Origin: Alphaproteobacteria bacterium CG_4_10_14_0_8_um_filter_53_9
Lineage (GTDB): Bacteria; Pseudomonadota; Alphaproteobacteria; UBA2136; UBA6156
Assembly (NCBI GenBank): GCA_002791805.1
Contig: PFND01000009.1
Span: 1-38,227 of the forward strand
Direction of reading: 5' to 3'
Length of the DNA: 38,227 bases
The notes beneath the pieces are model-generated. The model was given only the letters and a program-made list of their open reading frames with translations, made no database searches and had not been told where the DNA came from. The translations under genes were made by a program, and so were the position numbers. This document shows positions 9,625 through 18,500 of this stretch, piece after piece; within the stretch, counting starts at the first letter, position 1; each line of letters opens with the position of its first letter.

Positions 9625-9630
9625 GAGTCT

Positions 9631-10818
9631 CTAACCTTCCTTCAATTTATCCAAATAATCAGCCCATGCCTGCATCATCTTCCGTCTCTCAGGGAGATAT
9701 TCAGCATGGTTATAAGCTGCCCGCACCTTGTTTTTTTCGCCATGGGCAAGCTGCCGTTCAATCGCATCCCTGTTCCACCCCTGCTCGTTCAAAAGAGTGC
9801 TCGCCATCGCCCTAAAGCCGTGGGCCACAATCATGTCTTTTTCAAAGCCCATCCTTCGCAGGGCACTATTCAAGGTGTTGTCACTCATGGGGCGGGCAAG
9901 CGTTCTTACACTCGGGAAGAGATATTTAGCCGCCTCGCCATGCCCCGTTAAAGGTTTAAGTACTTTCAGAATAGCCAAAGCCTGCTTAGAAAGCGGCACA
10001 ATGTGCTGCACGCGCATTTTCATCTTCTGGGCGGGTATGCGCCACTCTTTTTTCTCCCAATCAATCTCGCTCCACTCCGCATGGCGCAATTCACCTGGTC
10101 TCACAAATAGCATAGGCGCAAGCTGCAAAGCACATCGCACCTCCAAGCTCCCTTCATAAGTATCCATAGCCCTCAACAGCCCTGCAATCTCTTTAGGATC
10201 AGTCAACGTAGGAAAATGCGCCTTTCGTGTGGGGGGTATGGCCCCCACCAAATCATTGGCGGGGTCACGCTCCAGCCTCCCCGTCGCAATGGCATATCTA
10301 AAAATCTGACTACATGTGCTCCTCACACGATGAGTTGTCTCCACCGCACCTCGGCTTTCCATACGGCGCAAAACTTTAAGTAACTCGGGTGAGGTAATCT
10401 TTTCAACAGGCTCAGCTCCCAGCCATGGGAAGATATTTTGAGAAAGCCTTTTCAAAATAGCCTCACCATGTTTAGGCGTCCATGTGTGGAGGTGTTTAGC
10501 GTGCCATTCTCTCGCCACCACCTCAAAGCTATCCCCGCCCGCACGAGAGACCTTCTCAGCCTTTTTAATCTCCGCAGGGTCAACACCATTGGCCACCAGC
10601 TTGCGGGCCTCTTCCCGCCGCTCTCGGGCCTGAGACAGGCTGATATCAGGATAAACCCCAAACCCCATCCTCCGCTCTCTATCCTCAAAGCGATATTTAA
10701 AGCGCCAGTATTTGCCGCCTTTAGGGTTCACTTCTAAATAAAGGCCACGCCCATCAAACAAACGATAAAGTTTCTCTTGTGGCTTGGCGTTTTTAACTTT
10801 GAGCTCATTAAGGTGCAT
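9631..10818 (-). CDS. int: P4-like tyrosine integrase
   Basis: Start MHLNELKVKNAKP; arm-binding domain (DGRGLYLEV...WRFKYRF); catalytic R (VRPGELR), K, HGFR, LAH and Y (AAYN) all intact. Confidence 0.97.
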   Translation of the reverse strand: MHLNELKVKNAKPQEKLYRLFDGRGLYLEVNPKGGKYWRFKYRFEDRERRMGFGVYPDISLSQARERREEARKLVANGVDPAEIKKAEKVSRAGGDSFEVVAREWHAKHLHTWTPKHGEAILKRLSQNIFPWLGAEPVEKITSPELLKVLRRMESRGAVETTHRVRSTCSQIFRYAIATGRLERDPANDLVGAIPPTRKAHFPTLTDPKEIAGLLRAMDTYEGSLEVRCALQLAPMLFVRPGELRHAEWSEIDWEKKEWRIPAQKMKMRVQHIVPLSKQALAILKVLKPLTGHGEAAKYLFPSVRTLARPMSDNTLNSALRRMGFEKDMIVAHGFRAMASTLLNEQGWNRDAIERQLAHGEKNKVRAAYNHAEYLPERRKMMQAWADYLDKLKEG

Positions 10819-10854
10819 AGCTTTACCCTTATATTTCAATATCATAAAAGTTTT

Positions 10855-10951
10855 TGGGGATACACAAAACGCCAAATGGGGATACATGGGATAAGCGAGG
10901 GGGCATATATCCCCAAAATGTTTCCCCAAAAAGGGTAGATTTAGGGGTACA
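10855..10951. repeat. Candidate integrase arm-type binding sites
   Basis: TGGGGATACA at 10855 and 10877; AGGGGTACA at 10943; GCATATATCCCCA at 10903-10915 is repeated at 1918-1930 near the other end of the element. Confidence 0.65.
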
Positions 10952-11041
10952 TGGCAAGATGATGTTAGACATGAAATGACTATAAAGCCATTGTAATTCA
11001 TATGTAAAGTAGATTTTACTAGACGGGGATAGATAAAGAAA

Positions 11042-11467
11042 TGGTGGAGGCGGCGGGAATCGAACCCGCGTCCGCACTTTGTTCAGCTGAGGCTCTACAT
11101 GCTTATTTTCTGGAAAATACCTTAAGCGCCAGCCCAGAAACCCGCCAGCTCAAAAGGTCGGTTGCTAAAAGATTTAAGTGTTGGCCGCAACCGGGCCGCT
11201 ACCGAGTTTCCAAGAAGGGTTTAGCCACCCAGACCGCACGCAAGGAAACTGGCGGAACGGAAGGATGGGGCTGAAGCTCAGCCTCCGAACCAACGGAGGT
11301 TATTGAGTTAGGCAGCCATCGCCATTGCCGGCATTGCGGCCGGACGGAAAGCGATCACGTTAGATTTTTTGGCATCTATGACCTTGCCCTCTTTTTTAAG
11401 GCGGGAGAGGGCGCCCTCCGCATGCTCCTCGAGGCCTTACGCCGCACGTCGAAACCTGTGCGCCCCC
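11042..11467 (-). ncRNA. ssrA: tmRNA, standard one-piece form, 426 nt
   Basis: 5' GGGGGCG pairs with 3' CGCCTCC-ACCA including G3.U; GGTTTCGAC after the 5' end; T-arm GCGGGTTCGATTCCCGC; tag ORF ends in AA-stop. Confidence 0.96.
11308..11373 (-). other. tmRNA tag reading frame AKKSNVIAFRPAAMPAMAMAA*
   Basis: ATAGAT followed by a GCC resume codon; 21 codons to TAA; C-terminal AA. Confidence 0.85.
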
Positions 11468-11550
11468 AAGGCCCTCATTGTAAGTAAACAAAAGCCCAAA
11501 AGCAAGGCAAATCGCTCGCTCAAAACACAGCTCGTTGCTACCCTCCCCGC

Positions 11551-12288
11551 ATGAAAATCACCCTCCTCCTCCCGCTCGCCCTTGCCGCCTGCACGGCAGA
11601 GCAAATGACCCAGGCCACAAACATGTTAAACACAGGCCTGCAAAGCCCCATGGCAAGCAGCGCCACAAGCCTCACCCAAAGCCAAATCGTGGCGGGGTTA
11701 AAGGAGGCTCTCACCATCGCCGCAACCAACGTCACGCAAAATCTGGGGCAAACAGGCGGATTTCTCAACAAGACAGATATCCGTATCCCCCTGCCCCAAA
11801 GCCTGCAAAACATCAAATCGGGTCTGCAAATGGCGGGCCTCGGCAGCTATGCCGATGAGGTGGAGACGAAAATGAACCGCGCGGCAGAGGCCTCCATGCC
11901 GCTCGCGAAGGAGAGCTTTATCAAAGCCGTCCAAAGTATGAGCATACAGGATGCCATGGGCATCTTAAACGGGGGCAATACCGCCGCCACAGATTATTTT
12001 AAACAGAAGATGACACCGGATCTCACCACAAAAATCACGCCCATCGTGCAAACCAAACTGAACGAGGCCGGCGCGCTGCAGGCCTATAACGGCCTTGTAA
12101 GTCAAGCCCAAAGCCTCCCCATGGTCAGCATGCTGGCCCCAAACTTGGGCCAAAATCTCACAACCTACGCGGTGGATAAAACCCTCGCAGGCGCCTTTAC
12201 CTATATGGGGAAAGAGGAAGCCGCCATCCGCACCAACCCCGCCGCCCGCACGACAGATCTGCTAAAACAGGTCTTCGGCACAAAATAA
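11551..12288 (+). CDS. DUF4197-family lipoprotein
   Basis: Lipobox LAAC; GLKEAL, IRIPLP, MNRAAE, AATDYF and EEAAIRTNPAARTTDLLKQVF motifs. Confidence 0.9.
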   Translation: MKITLLLPLALAACTAEQMTQATNMLNTGLQSPMASSATSLTQSQIVAGLKEALTIAATNVTQNLGQTGGFLNKTDIRIPLPQSLQNIKSGLQMAGLGSYADEVETKMNRAAEASMPLAKESFIKAVQSMSIQDAMGILNGGNTAATDYFKQKMTPDLTTKITPIVQTKLNEAGALQAYNGLVSQAQSLPMVSMLAPNLGQNLTTYAVDKTLAGAFTYMGKEEAAIRTNPAARTTDLLKQVFGTK

Positions 12289-12299
12289 CCCCCCGCCTC

Positions 12300-12328
12300 T
12301 TGTATAGTATACCAAACAGCTCTATTCT
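12300..12328 (+). promoter_or_regulatory. Sigma70-like promoter of the orphan gene pair
   Basis: TTGTAT-N17-TATTCT. Confidence 0.55.
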
Positions 12329-12421
12329 AACCCCACAACCACCCCTGCGGAACGGCACAAATAGCCGCCCGCAAGGGCGCACCATCACCCCGTTTCCGCG
12401 CAAGCTCGAAAGGAGCTCAAT

Positions 12422-12814
12422 ATGAACATGCAGCTTACTTCCACAACACTCACAGGCACACCAATTGCCATGCCTGTTCGCCTCAACGCATGGCGAGATA
12501 CCGCCCCCGCCATCCGCCGCCACTATCGGGATGATCTGCCTGTACGGGTGGATCTGATGGTGTGGGCAGACGACGTGGAGGATGCCCACATCGCAACCCT
12601 CACCGCCATTGTGGATCACAAAGGCAGGGTCACAGGTGGTGATGTAACGGGTGCACACGATGTCACCTTCGAGCCGCCCAACTTCGGCCACCCCGACATC
12701 CCTCTTCCCGCCTTGATTGCGCAAGCCATCAAGGCCTGCTCCGAGGATATTTTCTGCGTCATCCTCCATATTGACGACGCCGAATACGTCCTCGACGCCG
12801 CCACCTTCCGTTAA
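12422..12814 (+). CDS. Hypothetical protein
   Basis: 130-aa ORF with AAGGAG SD. Confidence 0.7.
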   Translation: MNMQLTSTTLTGTPIAMPVRLNAWRDTAPAIRRHYRDDLPVRVDLMVWADDVEDAHIATLTAIVDHKGRVTGGDVTGAHDVTFEPPNFGHPDIPLPALIAQAIKACSEDIFCVILHIDDAEYVLDAATFR

Positions 12815-12823
12815 GGCAACATC

Positions 12824-13189
12824 ATGAAAATCCCCCACACTCAACTGGTCGAGGAGCTGAAAAAGCTCCTCGACCAAGGGCACCGGAAATTTTCGGTGGA
12901 ATACATTGCCGTCGACGAAGGAGGCAAAGCGACAACCCTCTTCACCGATGACATCATCGTCGATGACAACGGCAATCTGCAAACCCTCCGCACTCGTGCC
13001 ACAGGTGTAGAGGTAGACTACTCGAGCGGTCCTGCCCAAGGCAAACCCTTGGCAGAAGTGATTGCCGAAGGCGTTCACTCTCAAGAACATCCGGGTACCA
13101 GAAAACTTTGGGTCATCCCGCAAGGCCAGGAATCTCTGGAGTTTCTGGTGGAGGACGCATGGTACCTTCAAAGCCCCAACTGGCAATAA
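12824..13189 (+). CDS. Hypothetical protein
   Basis: 121-aa ORF 9 nt after the previous gene; AAGG SD; followed by a hairpin. Confidence 0.7.
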   Translation: MKIPHTQLVEELKKLLDQGHRKFSVEYIAVDEGGKATTLFTDDIIVDDNGNLQTLRTRATGVEVDYSSGPAQGKPLAEVIAEGVHSQEHPGTRKLWVIPQGQESLEFLVEDAWYLQSPNWQ

Positions 13190-13278
13190 TGCCAAAACGC
13201 CCTGCTGCACACCAGCGGGGCATATTTTTGTAACAAAAAACCCGTGCACCCCCTAAAAAGATATGATAGAAAGAAGAA

Positions 13279-15036
13279 ATGAGCACACGCTGGACAGCCG
13301 AAGAAGAAGCCCTTCTCACCGCCGCCTATAGAGGCGGATTAGATGTGAAGACAATCGCCGAGACCCACAACAGATCAGAAGGCGCCATTCAGGCCCGCCT
13401 TCACAAGCTGGATCTGATCGATTACGGCCCCCTCACCATTCTCATCGCCGATGATCACCCGCTGGATACTGCACAAGAGGAAAATCCGGAGACGCTCCCC
13501 AACACAGGCACGCCGTGGTCAGATGAGGACGTGAACAACCTCACCAAAATGTTTGAGAAAGACCCCACACCGGAAGGCCTCATCAAACTCGCCCCGCTGC
13601 TGGGCCGAACCCCGCGCAGCTTGGCGCTTAAACTGGTGCACACCGGGGTCATCACCCCCAAACCCAATCCCAACCCTCAGCCGCGCGCCCAAGCTCCCAA
13701 GGCCGCCAGCCTCAAAACCAAAGCCCTCACACCGCCCACAGCCCCCACCAAGCTTATTAAAATACAGGTAACGTCCGAGTTTCAAACCGCCGCCCACAGC
13801 GTCGCGGCAGGAGAGAACCTGCTTATTTTAGGGAGCGCCGGCACCGGCAAAAGTACCTTCCTCAAATGGCTCCGCAAGCAGCTGGAAGGTAAAAAGAAAT
13901 ACGCCGTCCTCGCCCCCACAGGCATGGCCGCGCTCAATGTGGGCGGGCAAACCATCCATAGCTTTTTCGGGCTGAAGCCGGAGCTGATCACCTCGTCCAA
14001 CAGCTGGCGCAAACCGCGCAATCCCAAAATGTTCAAAGCGCTGGATCTCTTGATTATCGATGAAGTCTCCATGGTGCGGGCAGATGTCTTTAGCGCCATG
14101 GATGCCTTCCTGCGCACCTTCGGCCCGTCAGATAACAAACCCTTCGGCGGCGTGCAAATCGTCCTGATGGGAGACCTCTGCCAACTCCCCCCCATCGTGA
14201 GACGAGACGAGATGGACACCTTCTCCAGCGTGTTCGATAGTCCGTTTTTCTTCAGCACTCCCACATGGCACCAAGGGCATTTTCACACCCTTCAGTTCAC
14301 GCATATTTTCAGGCAGGAGGATGAACCGTTCATCAATCTCCTCACGCAAATCCGTCACGGAGAATCAGGCCACGCCCTGCTGGAAAAACTCAACGCCCGC
14401 ACCCTCCAAACAGCAGAGGCTGGCACCATCACCCTCGCCGCCCGTAATGCCACGGTGGATAAAATCAATCAGACAGAGCTGGCCAAGCTCAGTGGCCCGT
14501 CCCGCACCTACACCGCCCGTGTCGCAGGCACAGCGGAGCCCTCGGCCTTCACCACCCCGGTAGATCTGGTGCTTAAAGAGGGCGCCCGCGTCATGTTCAC
14601 CAAAAACGATCCGGATATGCGCTGGGTCAACGGCAGCCAGGGAGTCGTCACACGGTTAGGAGAGAAAGACGTCACCGTCCGCCTCAGTAGCGGAGAAGAA
14701 TACGTGGTCGATCCCGCCAAGTGGGAGAGCATCCGGTACGAGATGGACAGCACGAGCGAAGCCCCCACCGCCAGCGTTTCAGGCAGCTTCACGCAAATCC
14801 CGCTCACCCTCGCCTGGGCGCTCACCATCCACAAATCTCAAGGCCAAACGCTGGAAAAATGCGTGCTGGATCTGTCAGACGGCGGCACCTTTGCCGAGGG
14901 CCAACTCTACGTCGCCCTCTCCCGCGCCAAAAGTCTGGAGGGCATTACGCTCACCACCCCCATCCGACCAAATCACATTAAAACTCACCCCGCCGTCATG
15001 GCCTTCTACAACTCCCTCAACAACCATCAACACTAA
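13279..15036 (+). CDS. Pif1/RecD-like SF1B DNA helicase with two N-terminal HTH/Myb-like repeats
   Basis: Motifs GSAGTGKS, LAPTGMAA, TIHSFF, IIDEVSM, PFGGVQIVLMGDLCQLPP, FRQ, TIHKSQGQT and YVALSR. Confidence 0.93.
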   Translation: MSTRWTAEEEALLTAAYRGGLDVKTIAETHNRSEGAIQARLHKLDLIDYGPLTILIADDHPLDTAQEENPETLPNTGTPWSDEDVNNLTKMFEKDPTPEGLIKLAPLLGRTPRSLALKLVHTGVITPKPNPNPQPRAQAPKAASLKTKALTPPTAPTKLIKIQVTSEFQTAAHSVAAGENLLILGSAGTGKSTFLKWLRKQLEGKKKYAVLAPTGMAALNVGGQTIHSFFGLKPELITSSNSWRKPRNPKMFKALDLLIIDEVSMVRADVFSAMDAFLRTFGPSDNKPFGGVQIVLMGDLCQLPPIVRRDEMDTFSSVFDSPFFFSTPTWHQGHFHTLQFTHIFRQEDEPFINLLTQIRHGESGHALLEKLNARTLQTAEAGTITLAARNATVDKINQTELAKLSGPSRTYTARVAGTAEPSAFTTPVDLVLKEGARVMFTKNDPDMRWVNGSQGVVTRLGEKDVTVRLSSGEEYVVDPAKWESIRYEMDSTSEAPTASVSGSFTQIPLTLAWALTIHKSQGQTLEKCVLDLSDGGTFAEGQLYVALSRAKSLEGITLTTPIRPNHIKTHPAVMAFYNSLNNHQH

Positions 15037-15057
15037 GCCTGCACCTGCCCTGCTCTC

Positions 15058-15900
15058 CTACTCCGCATAATCCTGGTGCCCGCCCGCAACAACCACAACC
15101 TCTCCCCCCACAATCGCCGCCATCTCGCGCGTGAGCGCTGGCGGCACCACTTTGTCAGATTGTCCGACATAGTGGGTGGAAGAAATCCTGCGTAAATCAT
15201 CAGCAAAATCGCTCATCTTCACCCACCCTTCAGGGGTCGGCACACGGTGGTGGGCATTCACCCTCTCGGGCATCAAATTTCCACCGTAGGTCACAAGGTC
15301 CACCTCCCTGCCCTGCTCTTGAAAAGCCACGGCCACAAGCTGAGCAATAACAGCCCCGCCGCTAAACCCCACCACGCGCACAGGCTCTGTATCACCCGCT
15401 TCACGCAACGCCACAGCCACCTGAGACCCCAAAATCTCGGGCACAAATCGCCGTTCTGTCCACACACGGTAATCTCCGCATGCCGTGCGCCGCTGCCCCC
15501 CCTGCCACTGGCAGGGTCGGCCCATATACATCACACGCCCGCCCTGCCTGTTCGCAAGGGCCAGCGTCAACCCCACAGGCACCCGCGGCGTCGGGTCGCG
15601 GCTGGGTGTCGCCGCATCAATATAAGCCAGTCCGTCTCCTTCTATATAAAGGGTCGTCCCAAGCGCTCGCTCACCGCCCAAATCCCCCACACGAAGGCGC
15701 GCAGCCTCGTCCCAACGCCACAAAACATCATGGTTCCCCACCCAACTTTCAAGCGGCATCACCCCTCGTCCCGCACACCCTCCCAGGGTGATAAAAAAAC
15801 AGGCACTTATAGCAAAAACCCCACGCTCAAAAGCCTTTCTGTCACCCCTGCGCAACACACGGGCACAAAGTTTGGCTAAAATTAAAAAATGACTTTTCAT
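15058..15900 (-). CDS. Alpha/beta hydrolase, possible lipoprotein
   Basis: GFSGG nucleophile elbow, SDKVV and GGH; RPCQ motif; LGGC lipobox-like sequence; start uncertain (15900 preferred). Confidence 0.8.
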   Translation of the reverse strand: MKSHFLILAKLCARVLRRGDRKAFERGVFAISACFFITLGGCAGRGVMPLESWVGNHDVLWRWDEAARLRVGDLGGERALGTTLYIEGDGLAYIDAATPSRDPTPRVPVGLTLALANRQGGRVMYMGRPCQWQGGQRRTACGDYRVWTERRFVPEILGSQVAVALREAGDTEPVRVVGFSGGAVIAQLVAVAFQEQGREVDLVTYGGNLMPERVNAHHRVPTPEGWVKMSDFADDLRRISSTHYVGQSDKVVPPALTREMAAIVGGEVVVVAGGHQDYAE

Positions 15901-15961
15901 CGGGAGAGAATGGCATGTATTGTCAGTTTGAACAATAAACCAAACAAGGATAATAAACCCC

Positions 15962-18397
15962 ATGTCTCGTTCTCTTCATCTCCTATCAGCCACCACGGCG
16001 CTTGTCGCCCTGTCAGCTGCAGCTGCCCACGCAGATACTGTAACTGTCGATCCCTCTGCCGTCCTAAGTACAGACGCCAGCACAGATGGTTATCTTATTT
16101 CTAATACCGTCGTCGTTTCTTCCACCACCGGCGCAGGGATTAATATAGACAGTGCTAACGCAGCCAAAAACGTGATTACGGTAGGTACAGGCGCCACCAT
16201 TTCAACATCTACCGCAGGCATTGGTTCCATCTCTGCTACCATTGATGTTGCTGGCGGTCTGATCGATATTTCAGGAAGCGTCATTAACCATGGCACCAGC
16301 GGCAAAGCAATCGATCTTTCGTTGGATACAGACAGCGGCTACACAATTAACAACAGCGGTACCATCAGTGGTTCCATCGTCGGTTCAGGCGCAGCAGATA
16401 TCTTTAAAAACTCTGGCACCATCACAGGCGCGATTGATCTTGGCGCAGGTGCCAACCTGGTCAGCCAAACGGCCGGTACCATCACAGGTGATCTCACCAC
16501 AGGCGCCGGTGCGGATGTTATCGATCTTTACGGCGGTACCCTCACAGGGAACATCGTTGCAGGTGATACAGGTACCAACACCATTACCGTTAGCGGTTCC
16601 ACCGTTACTGGTAATATTACCGGTGGTGATGCCACAGATACCTTCAATCTCGTCTCCGGTACCGTCACAGGTAACGTGAACTTGGGTACAGGCACCAACA
16701 CTATCAACATCTCTGGTGGTACACTGGATGGTAACCTTACAGGTGGCGGCACAGAAACCTTGAACATGAGTGCCGATCACTTCACCCTGACAGGTACAGT
16801 TGATGTCAACACCCTCAACGTCACCGCTGGTATCACAGAAATTGCCAACACCTTCAGCAGCGCCTCCAACGCGGCCGTCTCCGCAGGCGCCACCTTGGGT
16901 GTCAGCACCACCAACACCCTCGGCACGGTTAACCTCGCCGCTGGTACCAACGGTGGTAAACTTCTTGTGGATGGAGATACCTCCCTTACCACAGGCGCCA
17001 TCACATGGGGTGTAGGTTCCCAGTTCCAAATCGAAGTTGCCAGCAGCACCTCCGTGGGTAACATCATCACCAGCGGTAACCTGGCCAACATCGATAACGC
17101 CAGCCTCAGCATCGTTATGGGTTCCAGCGCAGGTTATATCGCGTCAGGTACCAGCTTCGTGATTGTGGATCAAACAGGCGGTGCGGCCACCACAACACCT
17201 ACTTTGCTCACCACGCAAAACGGCTTGTACAGCTTCAACATCGCCCGTAACGGCGGTAGCGATATCAGCCTGACCATCCTGCGCGCCAGCACAGCCAGCC
17301 TGGTAACTTCCGCTGCTGGTAAAGGTGCAGCCGGTGCGTTGGATGCCCTCGGTGCCTCCTCCACCGGAGATCTGGCCACCATCCAGAACAACCTGACCTC
17401 TGCTTCTTCTGCCGCAGCGGTTAACAACATTGTAGAATCTTTGTCTCCCGCAACGGATACAGGTTCTGTTCTGGCCGGTGTCAACGTCGGTATTCAAGCC
17501 GGTAACAACATCTCCAACCGTTTGGCCAGCTTGCGTCCCGCAGGCGTCGCCACAGGGTCAGATGGTTACAACCGTCACATGTGGGTCCAAGGTTTCGGTA
17601 ACGTCGCCGAGCAAGACGACAAAGATGGCAACAAAGGTTACGATGCCACCACCGCCGGTGCCAGCTTCGGTATGGATACAGACAGCATCATGCCGGGTAC
17701 AACCCTGGGTGCAGCCTTCTCCTACGCCAACTCCAAAGTGGATAGCAACGCCTCCAACAATGCCGAGACCAACATCGATAGCTACATCGCAACCTTGTAT
17801 GGTTCCCGCGTTCTGGATCAAGGCTACTTCGTCAACGGTCAAGCCTCCCTTGGCTTCAACCAAAACGAGAGCGAGCGTCAAGTTGTTGGCTTTACCACCA
17901 AAACCAAAGGTGAGTATGACAGCATGCAGTACGGCCTCAAAGGTGAAGTCGGTCGCGATATCGCCTACGGCAACATGATCCTGACCCCACTGGCCAGCTT
18001 GCAGTACACCTACGCCAACCCGGATAGCTACACAGAGACAGGCCCTGCCGCCCTCACCGTCGATGGCGATGGTTTCTCCGCTCTGGATGCAGGCCTTGGT
18101 GGTACAGTTGCCTGGAACATGCCTCTTTCCAGCGGTGGCAGCATGAAGCCTGAGCTTCGCGCAAACTACCTCTACCGCATGGGTGATGCTCAAGCCGAAA
18201 CCAGCAGCCGCTTTGTGGCTGGTGGCACCGCCTTCCAAACATCAGGTGTTGAGGCCGATCGTTCTGCCCTTAACCTGGGTGCAGGTCTTACCATCGCCAG
18301 TGGCGCCGGTATGGATGTGAAAGTGGATTACGATGCCGATATCCGCAGCAGCTACACAGGTCACACAGGCCAAGTCAAACTGCGTTGGGCGTTCTAA
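15962..18397 (+). CDS. Autotransporter (type Va) with a Gly/Thr-rich beta-helical passenger
   Basis: Signal peptide ending AAAAHA; repeated GT[IVL]TG[ND][IVL] units; C-terminal beta-barrel (MWVQGFG...GQVKLRWAF) with terminal Phe. Confidence 0.93.
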   Translation: MSRSLHLLSATTALVALSAAAAHADTVTVDPSAVLSTDASTDGYLISNTVVVSSTTGAGINIDSANAAKNVITVGTGATISTSTAGIGSISATIDVAGGLIDISGSVINHGTSGKAIDLSLDTDSGYTINNSGTISGSIVGSGAADIFKNSGTITGAIDLGAGANLVSQTAGTITGDLTTGAGADVIDLYGGTLTGNIVAGDTGTNTITVSGSTVTGNITGGDATDTFNLVSGTVTGNVNLGTGTNTINISGGTLDGNLTGGGTETLNMSADHFTLTGTVDVNTLNVTAGITEIANTFSSASNAAVSAGATLGVSTTNTLGTVNLAAGTNGGKLLVDGDTSLTTGAITWGVGSQFQIEVASSTSVGNIITSGNLANIDNASLSIVMGSSAGYIASGTSFVIVDQTGGAATTTPTLLTTQNGLYSFNIARNGGSDISLTILRASTASLVTSAAGKGAAGALDALGASSTGDLATIQNNLTSASSAAAVNNIVESLSPATDTGSVLAGVNVGIQAGNNISNRLASLRPAGVATGSDGYNRHMWVQGFGNVAEQDDKDGNKGYDATTAGASFGMDTDSIMPGTTLGAAFSYANSKVDSNASNNAETNIDSYIATLYGSRVLDQGYFVNGQASLGFNQNESERQVVGFTTKTKGEYDSMQYGLKGEVGRDIAYGNMILTPLASLQYTYANPDSYTETGPAALTVDGDGFSALDAGLGGTVAWNMPLSSGGSMKPELRANYLYRMGDAQAETSSRFVAGGTAFQTSGVEADRSALNLGAGLTIASGAGMDVKVDYDADIRSSYTGHTGQVKLRWAF

Positions 18398-18420
18398 ACC
18401 AACCCGCCTAAAACAAAAAG

Positions 18421-18482
18421 AAGGAGCCGCAAGGCTCCTTTTTCATATCCGTACAACACCAAAAAAGGGGGCAAAGCCCCCT
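18421..18482. terminator. Two terminator hairpins between the convergent autotransporter and ugd genes
   Basis: AAGGAGCC-GCAA-GGCTCCTT-TTT and AAAAA-AGGGGGC-AAA-GCCCCCT. Confidence 0.8.
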
Positions 18483-18500
18483 CTTCGACTGTCCTGCTTA

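Larger units (their letters stand above)
1781..11058. mobile_element. Integrative element (~9.3 kb) in the 3' end of ssrA
   Basis: Flanked by a 17-bp direct repeat of the tmRNA 3' end; integrase next to ssrA; AlpA, Rep and R-M cargo; arm-like repeats at both ends. Confidence 0.92.

Noticed and set aside
10819-11001. N-terminal extension of the integrase ORF (also rep 8427-8567 and toxin-MuF 2684-2854)
   Set aside because: These extensions run through att-arm repeats, origin hairpins or a terminator; the downstream starts fit family N-termini or have clear SDs
1781-11058. Element as a complete or cryptic prophage
   Set aside because: No capsid, terminase, portal, tail, lysis or Zot/pI gene; only a short MuF-like domain
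12340-12420. Leader as a c-di-GMP-I or other known riboswitch
   Set aside because: I could not match the conserved aptamer nucleotides; kept only as an unassigned structured leader
12197-13249. 350-aa minus-strand ORF
   Set aside because: Antisense to two plus-strand genes that have a promoter, SDs and operon spacing; also overlaps the DUF4197 gene
16330-16800. Repeated GGTACC/ACAGG-type motifs in the autotransporter
   Set aside because: Explained by beta-helix GTxTG peptide repeats; ordinary for this family
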